Positions 1 through 21,065 of a stretch of DNA of 64,000 nt are shown here, piece after piece. Position numbers and translations under genes: made by a program. Position 1 is the stretch's first letter. Every line of letters begins with the position of its first letter. The DNA is taken from contig NIVC01001087.1 in NCBI GenBank assembly GCA_002269645.1, forward strand, positions 186,001-250,000, in the 5' to 3' direction. Origin of the DNA: Macrostomum lignano. Taxonomy: Eukaryota. Below the pieces are notes generated by a model. It made no database searches, had not been told where the DNA came from, and saw nothing but the letters and a program-made list of their open reading frames with translations.

Positions 1-270
1 CATGACAGTCATCACCTGACCAACTGGGTCATGACAGTCATCACCTGACCAACTGGGTCATGAGAGTCATCACCTGACCAACTGGGTCATGACAGTCATC
101 ACCTGACCAACTGGGTCATGACAGTCATCACCTGACCAACTGGGTCATGAGAGTCATCACCTGACCAACTGGGTCATGGGAGTCATCACCTGACCAACTG
201 GGTCATGAGAGTCATCACCTGACCAACTGGGTCATGAGAGTCATCACCTGACCAACTGGGTCATGAGAGT
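1..270. repeat. 29-bp minisatellite (CATGA(C/G)AGTCATCACCTGACCAACTGGGT), about 9 copies, cut by the window edge
   Basis: Exact 29-bp periodicity is visible from base 1. It lies downstream of the PCYT2 stop. Confidence 0.95.
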
Positions 271-516
271 AGGTCAAGAGTAGGTAAAACTAGGTCAATT
301 GTAAAATTAAAAAATTCTCAATCATGCAAACAAAAAAGCATCTAGCATAAACGAATTGTCGTACAAGAAAAAGCGCTAAAATATGAAAAATTAGAAAGCA
401 ACTAGAAAAAGCAACAAAAATATTAATAATAGTATTAGTAACAAGAGAGATAGTAACTCGGCAGTTATAGCATATACGAGTATACTGACAGAATTCTTAC
501 TATTGATGGGCACACG

Positions 517-9524
<9,008 letters not shown>

Positions 9525-10144
9525 TGTGTTCGTAATTTCTAGAATTTACTATGGTCGTTTATACAAACAACAAGTTTAACTGAAGCTATACAAACAAATT
9601 AGGGTTATATCCAAGTGTAATATTATTATTATTATCAAAGGCTATTATTAAACAGGAATAATGCTTTCAGACGGTAGTGATCTCGAGATAAACTTTAAAA
9701 CTCAACGTGGAACCCACTGCATAAAGACACTGTCAGTGTCAGGACGGATTCGAAATTAACTATTAAGATGTAAAACAGAGGTATACTGATTAGTCCCCAA
9801 TAAACTTAAATAGTGGATGCAGCTTTAAGATACTTTTTTAACTGTCACTCTAAAGATTTCAGGAGCTAATGGGAAGGGAGTTAAGTTTAAGTTTAATAGA
9901 AGTTATCGCAATTTTTAAAATCCGTCGTTCCTGGAAAATGTCTCATTTGAAAATTTAGGGCTGCCGCACCGCCCCGCATCGCACCGAACCGATACACATT
10001 ATAACATTTTTTGTCAATTCAGTACTTTATTGCAAAGAAAACTATTTATTGTAAGAGTTATGGAATAAATAACTTTAGTGAATATTTAAAATATTAATAT
10101 TATTTATATTCTTGTTTTCATTATTAAATTATTTTATTAATATT

Positions 10145-10332
10145 GAGCCTCTTCACGGCAATCGGTTCTAGTACCAGAATAAATTCGAGTTCTAGAACCA
10201 GAACCAGTGTGAAATGAGGAGCTTCGAACCCATTTTATGTTTGACAGTCTTTACAATTTAATTTTGTCGTTTTTTACTTTGTGTCCTCTTGGATACGACA
10301 AAAAAGGAATCTCTACCTATAAAAATCAAAAC

Positions 10333-10365
<33 letters not shown>

Positions 10366-12566
10366 GGACAAATTACTTCGCTATGGACTCCCAAACCGCT
10401 CAACCAAATTACACCAAACTTTACACCCACCCTAAACTTACTACGGAGAATGTCTTAGGCTACCTTTTAATTTCCTAGACTCAAGTCTTCCTACCTAAAA
10501 GTACAAAAAACTGCTCAAAATGCGCGATTTTTTAACTAAATCCTCCATAGCGCCGCTCCACTTCTACCGATTCTCTTCAAATTTGACACAGGCAATTTTC
10601 AACTATTTTGACACAATCGTGTAAAATTTCAAATCTCAAAGTTACTCCTGAAAGCCGCTGTGCAATTTTAAAGTTAGGCTGTTTTTTCAGCGAGGCAGCC
10701 ACCCCAACCTCCGCCCGCCTGCCTCTCTTTCCCGATCTGGGCCCAGATGTGAAAAATGGGTTTAAAATGACTAACTTTCGGCTGCCATAAGTTTGCTCCA
10801 CGTGAAGCGATTGACTTCAAACTTGACACAATTCTTCATTGACTCATTCTCTGTCTAAATGTTAAGTCTTAACTCTGTAACTCAATCAGAACAGAAACTG
10901 TAAGCATGTGAAGTTTGTCTGCTTTTTCTGTTGTTTGTGGCGCTCAACTCACTCATTCCCGCAGTCCAGACGAAGGGTCAGGCGATAGGGCTCAATGTAC
11001 ATAGCGAATGTACAGTGTTTTGGAATAGCTTTATTTATAACCTTCTCTGCACCCCGAGAGTGGAGAGGCTACGTTTAGCCATAACAGTTTAGTGAGAATT
11101 TTAGTATATAGGATTCTAACCACTGCCCTCCCCTCTGTATTGGCAAACTCTGCAGCAGTTTAACACTGGATGGCAATTGGCAAATCGAGGGAATCCAGCA
11201 TGGTTTGTAAAAGCGAAAGATTTATGAAAAGGCGATGCGATGCAATGCAATATAACCCTACTAAATTAGGCACACCATGGAAATTTTAGGTTTCTTTTAA
11301 AGGTACTGTGTAAATTTTAAATGGCCTCCTAAGAAATGCGTATTTCCTTGGTTGTTAGACTGATGCAGACTGCAGTGGAGCTGAAGATACAAAAATTCTT
11401 TTCAGGGCTAGCAAATTGGCAAGAAAGGTGACATGATCAAAGCATGAGAACAGCCATGAGAGTACTACGTCCCACAAACTGGCTTTCTAAGCAGGAATGG
11501 GCAGACTTTTACCTCTAAGTCCAGAAAAGAATCCAGCTTATGGCTGAGGGGCAGTTGAGAGTGGGGAGAAGAAGGAATAGACTATTCGAAAAGAGAGGAG
11601 AGGTGAGAGAGGGAATAAGAGAAAAGATAAAAGATAATAGGAGAGATGAGGGAGTGAGGACGATGAGAGGAGAGAGTAGAGAGGAGAGAGTAGAGGAGCG
11701 AGTAGAGAGGAGAGAGTAGAGGAGCGAGTAGAGAGGAAAGAGTAGAGAGGAGCGAGTAGAGAGGAGAGAGTAGAGTAGCGAGTAGAGAGGAGAGAGTAGA
11801 GAGTAGAGTAGCGAGTGGAGAGGAAAGAGTAGAGAGGAGCGAGTAGAGAGGAGAGAGTAGAAGAGCGAGTAGAGGGGCGAGTAGAGAGGAGAGAGTAGAG
11901 GAGCGAGTAGAGGAGCGAGTAGATAGGAGAGAGTAGACAGTAGAGTAGATAGGAGAGAGTAGACAGTAGAGTAGCGAGTGGAGAGGAGAGTGTAGAGGAG
12001 CGAGTAGAGAGGAGTTAGTAAAGAGGAGAAAGGAGAGATAAGAGAGAGAATGGAAGAGAGAAGAGATAAAGTTGTACAGATGAGAGAGGTGTAAGGAGAG
12101 ATGAGAAATGAGAGATGAGAGATAAAGGAGGAGAGTGGAGAGAGAAGAGACGAGACAAGAGATGGAGAGAGTATATAGAAGAGGGAAGAGAAGAGAAGAG
12201 AAGAAAGGAGAAAGGAAAGTGAGGAGACAAAAGAGGTGAAAGAAAAGAGTACAGAGGACAAAATGAGAGAACATTAAGACAGTAAAGATGACAGATGAAA
12301 GAGGGGGATGAGCTGAGAGCAGAGACGAAAATGAACAGACGAGAGATGGGAGAATAGAGAGAACAGAAGAGAGAGAAGAGAGAAGAGATTACAGAGACGA
12401 GAGGAGAGACAAAGGGAGAGAGAAGTGAGTGAGGCGAGAGGAGAGAAAAGAGGAGAATGGAGGGGAGAGAGTAGAGAGGAGAAGAAAGATGGGAGAGAAG
12501 AGATTACAGAGACTAGAGGAGAGAGGAGAGACAGGGAGAGAGAAGAGGAAATAGGAGAATAAAGAG

Positions 12567-12625
<59 letters not shown>

Positions 12626-13532
12626 CAGAGCAGATAGAAACGAGAAGAGATAAGAGAGAAAAGATAAAAGAAGAGAAAGGAGAGATGAAAGAGCAGACGA
12701 GAGAGAAGAGAGGTGAGGGAAGAGACGGGCGACGAGGGGAGAGAGAAGATATAAAACAAGAAAAGAGATGAGTGGAAAGAGAGAGAGGAAAGATGTGAGG
12801 GGAGAGACGAGAGAAGAGGGGGAGAGAGGAGAGAGGAGAGGAGAGAGAAAACGAAAGAGTAGAGAGGAGAGAGAAGAGCAGAGAGAAAACGAAAAGTAGA
12901 AAGGAGAGAGAAGAGGAGAGAGAAAAGAATAGGGAAGAGAGATGAAACAGAAGAGAGATGAGGGAAGATACAAGAGAAGAGAGGAGAGAAGAGAGAGGAG
13001 AGACGAGGGATGAGAGAGAAGAAAGGAAACAAAGAGACGATAGAAATTTTAAAGGATCCAAGGGACGTAGGGAGAGTCAGGGAGAGACCAGAGTTTAGCA
13101 ATATATGTTTTAGAGTCAGACAGACATTGCCTGACATTCTGCGCAGTACCCCAGCCAACAATATCAACGTTTGCCTCAAACCCTAATTTTACACGAATGT
13201 GCTCCATTTTATGTCTACCTCTATCCTACTATTAATTTGTTAGTGTATGGCCTTAGATTTCAGAATACATGCAAAAGTAGTTCCGGAGATTAGAATTCCC
13301 CGGGTTCAAAATCCGCGGGTTTCAACAGCTTGTAATTATATAACAATAATAAAAAATTGACGATTTCAAATATATTTTACTGTTAAAGTGTATACATGAC
13401 GACGGTTCGAGAAAATTTCTCGAACGATATTCTAGAACCAGAACCATGTTCCGGAACTGATTCCGTTTTTCGAACCATCGATATGAAGAGCGTCGAACCG
13501 CCGTTTTTCGAACCGGCGATATGAAGAGGCTC
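10145..13532. mobile_element. PIF/Harbinger-like MITE (about 365 bp), split by a nested Helitron-like insertion
   Basis: Terminal inverted repeats GAGCCTCTTCA...CGGTTC (10145-10168) and GAACCG...TGAAGAGGCTC (13510-13532). ATT lies on both sides (10142-10144, 13533-13535), a putative 3-bp TSD. Superfamily is inferred from TSD length. Confidence 0.6.
10310..13332 (+). mobile_element. Non-autonomous Helitron-like element, copy 1 (about 3.0 kb)
   Basis: Starts A|TCTCTACCTATAAAAATC followed by (TCTG)n, then a ~1.2-kb conserved body, a ~1.5-kb GA-rich core and a ~300-bp conserved tail. It ends in a GC hairpin (CCCCGGGTTCAAATCCGCGGG) and CAGCTTG|T. No TSD; A|T target. Same structure at 51342 and 54236. 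The 3' end is CTTG rather than canonical CTRR. Confidence 0.75.
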
Positions 13533-14362
13533 ATTAATGATATCACAGGTCTATATTCACCGAATTTTATATTTCAAAGTTATCCCGTTCGGTCAGACTT
13601 AAACTAGATAAACTAAATTTTTTGAGCTAAACGCAATGAGATTTAAAAAGTTTAAAATAATGCCTTCTTTAAAAATTAAAAAAACTAATACGATGCTTTT
13701 TAATGCAACGAAAGAATCCTGCAATTTAAAGTAGTTCCGCAGGTTCAAGAACAAATAAAAAGTAGTAATTGAACTAATTCCTTATTTTTTTAAGTTGCAT
13801 TTGCGATTTGCCTTTTAGCTTGACTAGCGTTAAAGAATTTGCAGGCCTTGTGTAGTGTTGTAATTAGGCAACTCTATAGGCCTACTGTATGTACTGGTTA
13901 GGCATAGGCTAAGGAATCTATTTATTTTTAGATTAGGCCTAGCTAACATCAAATTTATTAACTCTACTAGGCCACACGCACACACTTAGAGGCCTATCCT
14001 TAAATGCTATGGCTATGGGAGTATGGCTATTTTCTTATATGGAATCACAAGATCCCTATCCAGCCTATCCTATCAGTGTCATGTCAGAGCATACATGAAA
14101 AAAGCTAGGTGATAGGTTTACATTTTTAGCAATATGGGAATTAAATGTTTTTAAAATTATAGATTCTAATACTATAGAGTATAGGCCGTTGTTAATTGTC
14201 CAGTGACCAGACAAATAGTGACATGTTTTATGTTTAGGCCTATTTGTCTTGTTACCAGATAAATAGGCCTAGCCATTTTACTATTTGTCCAGTTAAATGG
14301 ATATTAGGCCTACTATTTATATATATATATATATATATATAAATGTGCTCCGTTTATATATA

Positions 14363-14401
<39 letters not shown>

Positions 14402-15445
14402 TTATTTATGAGTATGATAGGCCTAGGCCCCTATTTCTAAATTTTATAGGCTTTTTAGCCTATTCTTAATTATTTTGTTTAGGTCTAATATATTGTTATA
14501 CTAGGCTACTTTATTTCTAGTGTACATCTAGTCTAAACTTAGTTTGAATGCTTCCTATCTTGTACTTGTATCATTCTATGCTCTGTATCATTTTATGAGG
14601 CAAAGTGCAAAGAGGAGAGGAAGCAAGGTATGAAAATTAAACTCAACAATGAGAAGTTTTAATAATCATGTAGTCAGTGTACAAGTGAATTTTAAAGCAA
14701 GTTAATGTATTACTTATATATAGGTATGCTAGGCTTATATTAGTATAACAAAATAATTAAGATAGGAAAAAAGGACGAGTATAACTTTGGCTGTCAACTT
14801 TTCTGTCAACTTTTCCAATAAATTTTCCGTTAACTATTCCATCAACTAATCCGTCAACTTTTCGTGTTAGTAGGATAAATAACTTTATCAGTCAACTTTT
14901 CTGTTAACTATTCCGTCAAGTATTCCGATAAATTTTTCTGTTAACTCTTCCGTCAACATTTCCATTTACTATTCTGTTAACTTTTCTGCCAAATATCTTA
15001 TCACTTTTCCGTTAACTATTTTATCAACAGTTACATACATGCGCAACTTCTGAAATTATGCTGGCCGTGCGACTTAGTTTTCGATAAAAAATGCGACTTA
15101 CCTATGAAAGAGCAAAGCAAAAACTTTAGGTAAACGGCAGGAGTAACTATAACCATATTTTTAAAGCTAAATGCCTCGCCAGCTAATTAGTGCTGCGTGC
15201 AGATTCCGCGTTTTTATAACAGCTAATCAGTGTCATCTAGTGGCGGCATGAAGCAATTAGTAAATTGTCAGTACAGTGTAGTGAGCATACTACAAAAGTC
15301 ATGATTCATGAATGTCCAGAAGTAAGTGAAGTGAATACAGTGTGACCTATAGCTCAAGAACGATTTGCTAGACAATTTGGCATGGAAGATGAGAGCCCTG
15401 ATTCAGATGGCTCATCAGATGCAGAATACGAATCCAGTAGAGATA

Positions 15446-16110
15446 CAAGCTGTGAAAACCCACAGATTTTTAAACCACTGAATTCTAATTCCCGGAACTA
15501 TTTTTGCATAGATTCTAAATTTGAAGTCATGCTCAAACAAAAACTTGTTAACAGTTAGGAAAAAGGCAAAGATAGGAGTAATGCATGTTAAACTAAGATT
15601 TGAGGCCTTTGCAAATTCTCTCCATTCCTCAATCTTCTCATCCTCTTTTTCTTTTCTCTCTCATCCCTTATCCCTTCTCTCTTTCCTCTCCTCTCTCCTC
15701 TCTTTCCTCTCCTCTCTTCTCTCTTTCCTCTCCTCTCCTATCTCTTCTGTCTCCTCTCTACATTCTTATCTCCTCTCGTCTCTCTCCATTCCACTCTACT
15801 CTCTCATCTTATCTTCCCTCTCGTCTCTCTCCACTCTACTCTCTCATCTTATCTCTCTTTTCTACTCTCTCATCTCTCCTCTCTTCACTCTCCTCTCATC
15901 TCCTCTTTATCCTCTCTTCTCTCATCTACTCTCTCCTCTTTCCTCTTTCCTCTCTTCTGATCTCATCCATCATCTTTTCTTTCCTCTTTCCTCTAATCTC
16001 CTCTTCTCTCTCATCTCTTTTTCCTCCCTCAGCTTTTCTCTCCTCTTCTATCTTTTCTCCCATCGCATCGCTCGCCTCCCCTCTGTTTGCTTATCTCTAA
16101 TCTTCTATTC
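15446..16110 (-). mobile_element. Diverged, 5'-truncated Helitron-like fragment inside the MULE-like element
   Basis: Begins CAAGCTGT (reverse complement of the family 3' end), continues with the reversed tail (CCCGGAACTATTTTTGCAT...) and then a CT-rich core. Confidence 0.65.
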
Positions 16111-16369
16111 CCTCTACTTTGAAGTAAGAAAATATGCACATATTTTTGCTGAAGATAAGAGGAGAGAAGAGGGCATTGAGAAGAAAGGGTAGAGAGAAAG
16201 GGGGAGAAAAGAGGAGAGTAAAAATGAGAGGAGAGAGAAGAGGGAAAAGGGGGGAGAGAGAAGAGGGGAGGCAAGGTAGAGAAGAAGAGAGAGATGAGAA
16301 TTGAAGAGACACCAACCTTGCTGGTTAGGAAGTTTCAAAGAACCCGAGGGGCGAGGGCCAGATAGAGGG

Positions 16370-16399
16370 GCTTCGCGAGCCGGAGTTTGCCAACCCCTG
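16370..16399. mobile_element. Isolated hAT-type terminus remnant
   Basis: GCGAGCCGGAGTTTGCCAACCCCTG; the reverse complement CAGGGGTTGGCAAAC resembles Charlie/hAT MITE ends. No partner TIR found. Confidence 0.4.
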
Positions 16400-16554
16400 C
16401 TCCAGAGTTTAAGAAATCAATGGGAAACTGTGGACGCGGGCTTCTGATTTCAAAGATCTTGTCTGTGGTTGAAGGCTTCTATTCTGTTTTTGCTCTCCTG
16501 CCACACTTGCACCTACTACCCCCTGATTGCCTCTGATTGTGACTTACTTCCCTC

Positions 16555-17360
16555 TTATTGCGACTTAGTTGCTTCTTTTTGCGACTTACCTAATCCTTTT
16601 TGCGACTTACCTAATCCTTTTTGCGACTTACCTAATCCTTTTGCGACTTACCTAACCCTTTTGCGACTTACCTAATCCTTTTGCGACTTAGCTGATCCTT
16701 TTGCGACTTACCTGATTCTTTTTGCGACTTACCTAATCCTTTTTGCGACTTACCTAATCCTTTTTGCGACTTACCTAATCCTTTTGCAACTTACCTAACC
16801 CTTTTGCAACTTACCTAATCCTTTTGCGACTTACCTAACCCTTTTGCGACTTACCTAATCCTTTTGCGACTTAGCTGATCCTTTTGCGACTTACCTGATT
16901 CTTTTTGCAACTTACCTAATCCTTTTTGCGACTTACCTAATCCTTTTTGCGACTTACCTAATCCTTTTGCGACTTAGCTGATCCTTTTGCAACTTACCTG
17001 ATTCTTGTTGCAACTTACCTAATCATTTTTGCGACTTACCTAATCCTTTTGCGACTTAGCTGATCCTTTTGCGACTTACCTGATTCTTGTTGCAACTTAC
17101 CTAATCCTTTTTGCGACTTACCTGATCCTTTTTGCGACTTACCTAATCCTTTTTGCGACTTACCTAACCCTTTTGCGACTTACCTGATCCTTTTTGCGAC
17201 TTAGTTTGCTTCTTTTGCAACTTACCTGATTCCTGTTGCGACTTACCTGATCCTTTTTGCGACTTAGTTTGCTTCTTTTGCGACTTACCTGATCCTTTTT
17301 GCGACTTACCTGATCCTTTTTGCGACTTACCTGATTATTTTTACTACTTAGTTTGCTTCT
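16555..17360. repeat. 20-21-bp minisatellite (TTTTGCGACTTACCTAATCC), about 38 copies
   Basis: Direct inspection. It lies inside the MULE-like element, and a single related copy (GCGACTTACCT) sits near 15093. Confidence 0.95.
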
Positions 17361-18693
17361 TTTGCGAATAGTTTTTCTTTTGCTTCACCATTTTCCCTGA
17401 ACTGCACTTTCTTTCGCTTTCCTCTTGCCTTTCTTGGTTCTTGTGTTTTTCTGTTTTTGGTTGACTCAATTTTGCAACTTACCCCTGGTCAGCCATGATT
17501 TATGGTGGCCGGATCGGCCAGGTCGGCCAGCAGTTGCGCATGTATGAACAGTTATGCAAGTCCGTAAAATATATTCTCTCAAATTTTTGTGTACTCTGAA
17601 TGGAAAGTGTTAATTTTTTGCATAAGTGCAGTTTCCTTAGCAATTTTTTATACATGCTTTAAATTTGTTGAGTATACACATGTACATGTATAAATTATAA
17701 ATAAAAAACATATGCAAAAATTTTAAGGGCGACATGTTCTAGAATTTAATTGGTATTGCTGCACTACCTGTACTACAACATCTGCACTTGTTCATCGATT
17801 TCTCTTTGTGAAATAAAGGGCTAGTATTAGGAAAAAAGGAAAAGATGCACGTTGTTACTAACGCAGGCTTGTTTTTCATCGATATATATAATAAGCATGC
17901 AAAGACAATAAATGATCAAAGAGCTACTTGCATGATGATCCTATTTGAGAAAGTCACATATTTTTTTGGAACAACTAATTGTTAACTGAAAATTTGATGG
18001 AATACTGATGGAAAAGTGAACGGAAAAGTGAACGGAAAAGTTAACAGAAAAGTTAACAGAAAAGTTGACAGAAAAGTTGATGGCCAAAGTTATACTCATG
18101 AAAAAAGGTCTTAAAAATCTAGAATATTTATCCATTAGCAAATACTTTGAAGTAAAAAATTGTTGCATATTAGCAATTTGACTAGACAAATAACAAAATG
18201 GCTATTTCACTATTTATTCACTAGTTTATTATTGCTATCTTACTATTAGTATTTGTCTAATCACTGGACAAATAATAACTATCATTCTAATTAAGTTGCT
18301 ATTAAAACCTGCAGATTTTGAGCTTGTTAAATTCCAATTCTAGAAACAAAATTTGTATAGGGGGACCTATATTATTTAAGACAATAAAAATAAGAATAAA
18401 TATAATAATGAGATCAATTTAATTTCTTAAATCATAGCCAACAAATTTGCTATGCTACAATCCTACATATTTTGTATTTAAGCTAGGGGCCCCATGGCCA
18501 TAGTTAAGAAGATAGCCTTTTTTAGAAAATTCTAACACAAAAAGACATTGAATATGCACTGCATTAATATAATATGGCTCAAATCAAGACAAAAAATCTG
18601 CACAATTTAGCACAAGACAAAAACTCCACTGAAAGAATATTTTTCAAATAAAAAATTAGCAATTTTTATTTTCTAGGCTTAGTATATTAATGA

Positions 18694-19190
18694 CAAGCTG
18701 TTGAAACCTGCAGATTTGAACCCGGGAAATTCTAATCCCCGGAACTACTTTTGCATGTATTCTGAAATCTAAGGCCATACAGAAACAAAAACTTGGTAAT
18801 AGTTAGTAAGATAGAGGTAGACAATGGAGCACATTCATGTAAAATTAGGGTTTGAGACATTGTTGGCTGGGGTACTGCGCAGAATGTTAGGCAATGTCTG
18901 TCTGACTCTAAAACATATATTGTTAAACTTTGGTCTCTCCCTGACTCTCCCTACATCCTTGGATCCTTTAAAATTTCTATTGTCTTTTTGTTTCCTCTTA
19001 TCTCTCTCATCCCTCGTCTCTCCTCTCTCCTCTCTTCTTTCTCCCATCTTCTCTCATATCTTCCCTTATCTCTCCTTTCTTTCATCTCTTATCTCATCTT
19101 GTGTCTCTTCTTTCTCTCTCCTCTCCTCTCTCCTCTCTCTTCTTACCCCCTCTTCTCTCTTATCTTCCTTCTCCTTTCTATTCTCTCAGC
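18694..19190 (-). mobile_element. 5'-truncated Helitron-like fragment
   Basis: A|CAAGCTGTTGAAACC...CCCGGG...GGAACTACTTTTGCATGTATTCTGAAATCTAAGGCCATAC is the reverse complement of the tail at 13030-13332. Confidence 0.8.
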
Positions 19191-19370
19191 TGGCTCCTCA
19201 GTATCCTAATTATCTTCTTAGCAGTCTGCAGTTGTCCTCTCAGCTGGCTCCTCAGTATCTTCATTATCTTCTCAGCAGTCTGCAGTTGTCCTCTCAGCTG
19301 GCTCCTCAGTATCCTCATTATCCCATCAGCAGTCTGCAGTTCTCCTCTCAGCCGCTCCTCAGTATCCTCA
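19186..19370. repeat. About 54-bp tandem repeat, 3-4 copies
   Basis: Unit CTCAGCTGGCTCCTCAGTATCC...AGCAGTCTGCAGTTGTCCT. Confidence 0.85.
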
Positions 19371-19965
19371 TAAGGCTACAATTTGTTCAGCATTGTATGG
19401 CTTACTAATCAATTTTCGATTCATATCGGCAGTCTTGCAAAACTTAGCATTTAGCAATACCTTCAGCAGTTTTGCAGAATGGTCTCTATGGTCTTCTATC
19501 CCCCAGATAGAAAGCAACTACCCCCCCCCCAAGATAGCAAGCATACACCCAATTACAACAACAAGCACCCCCCCCCAAATGCAATAGCAAGCATCCCCAA
19601 AATACAATACTAAGCATCCCCCAGATAGCATACCTCAAGATGGCAAGTACCCCCCCCCCTTCCCAAGAGCAAGCCTCTTGCCTCCCCAATATCAAGCATC
19701 CCCCAATCATCTAGTGCAGTTATAATGTCTCATCAAATGCAATAATCTTTTATCCTCTAGAGAAATAATCTGGTTAAATGCATAGCAGTGATAGGCTGCT
19801 CAGTGTGCACAGTTAGTGTGCACAGTTGAGTGAAATCTATAAATGGAAATTATCTATGCACTCCACCACTCAGTCATAATGTACACACGCAGCCGCTGAG
19901 CATTATTTTCATTGCAGTCAGTATTGAGGTCTACACAGTGCAAAGTTGTGGCGCAATCATTTTTG

Positions 19966-20470
19966 GAATTCCGCCAGTCAAGAATTCAACCTGGTATGAC
20001 CTCCCATTAAAAGCATTGTTTTTTTCGAATATTTTATTCCTTTGGAGCATTGGAGCAGATACAGGAAATTTTAACTGTCTTCTTTCCATATAATTACAGA
20101 CCTTTCAGTGAAAACGCGAGCAAATTGGTTTAGGCCTTCAGTCCTCTGTAGATCAAAATGCTTTGGTTACATGTAGCTAAAATTCTCGACGGGTGAAAGG
20201 AGCTATGAATGTACATAATATTGTAAACCCTAAAAAATGTCAATAATCTCAAAGTGCACTGGCTGATATATATCTCTCCAGAGTGCATGCGCAATGCTTG
20301 GCCCACTGCCTCCTCATAAAAAGCGTATCATAAGATGTAATCATGATTGAAATTAGAATTCAGCCTGTCAAGAATTCAACCTCATTTGATCTCCCATCAA
20401 AAGCATTAGGAAAACTTGTTTTTCAAATATTTAATACCTTTAGCATTGAAGCAGATACAATAAATTTTAA
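19966..20470. repeat. Diverged ~110-bp direct repeat (about 19966-20075 and 20358-20470)
   Basis: GTCAAGAATTCAACCT...CTCCCAT(T/C)AAAAGCATT...GCAGATACA...AAATTTTAAC occurs twice; probably a TE relic. Confidence 0.6.
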
Positions 20471-21065
20471 CCATACAATCCTTGGTTGATTTGAAATTAA
20501 GAAGAAGATAGAGAAGATAGAGATAGAGATTAATGCAAAAACATATTAAAATTGTGCTTTTACTTTCAAAATGTCACATAGGAAATACGCCTAGTTTACT
20601 TGTCGTAAACTTATCTTTCAAAATTGTTATCTTATCTATAAACCTATCTATAAACCAAATTTATCACTATGTCTAGCCAAAGCATTATTATCGAAATACT
20701 TTAAAATTCTACCATTTATGTAATATAATTTTGCTATAAATGTTTTTTTTGCTATGTCAAATCATCATTCAGATTGAGTTTTAATGATGTGCTTTTCATT
20801 TACAAAAAAGTAGTACTATATCAGACTAAGACAGCCTTTTTATACAATTACTGCCAGCTTGGTCTTGGTGTGACTGTCAACCATTTCTTGGAATTTATTG
20901 GAAACAATTACAAAGCCACCAGATGCCAGTGTGCTACACCATGGCAACTGGCATAGTAACAGCGCCGACAACAACTGGTTGATAATTTCTGAACTCTTGA
21001 GTTTCTCTTGCTCAACCAATCTTGCTGGTTAAATTCTATTTTGATAAGAAAAAACAATCGCAAAA

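Larger units (their letters stand above)
14775..18099. mobile_element. Non-autonomous TIR element with 9-bp TSD (Mutator/MULE-like), 3.3 kb
   Basis: Inverted termini A(C/T)GAGTATAACTTTGGC are followed by inverted arrays of a 12-bp subterminal repeat, TCAACTTTTC(T/C)G (14790-15020 and 17990-18085). GAAAAAAGG is identical at 14766-14774 and 18100-18108. An inner inverted segment (CATACATGCGCAACT) lies near 15030 and 17540. No transposase ORF. Confidence 0.8.

Noticed and set aside
11515-13179. L/S/F-rich and R/E-rich ORFs here and at 15.5-16.3, 18.8-19.4 and 52.5-56.9 kb
   Set aside because: They come from the GA/CT low-complexity core of the Helitron-like family; there are no Rep or helicase motifs.
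20930-20960. X-box-like CCATGGCAAC upstream of the 954-aa gene
   Set aside because: Only a half-site match, which is expected by chance at this length.
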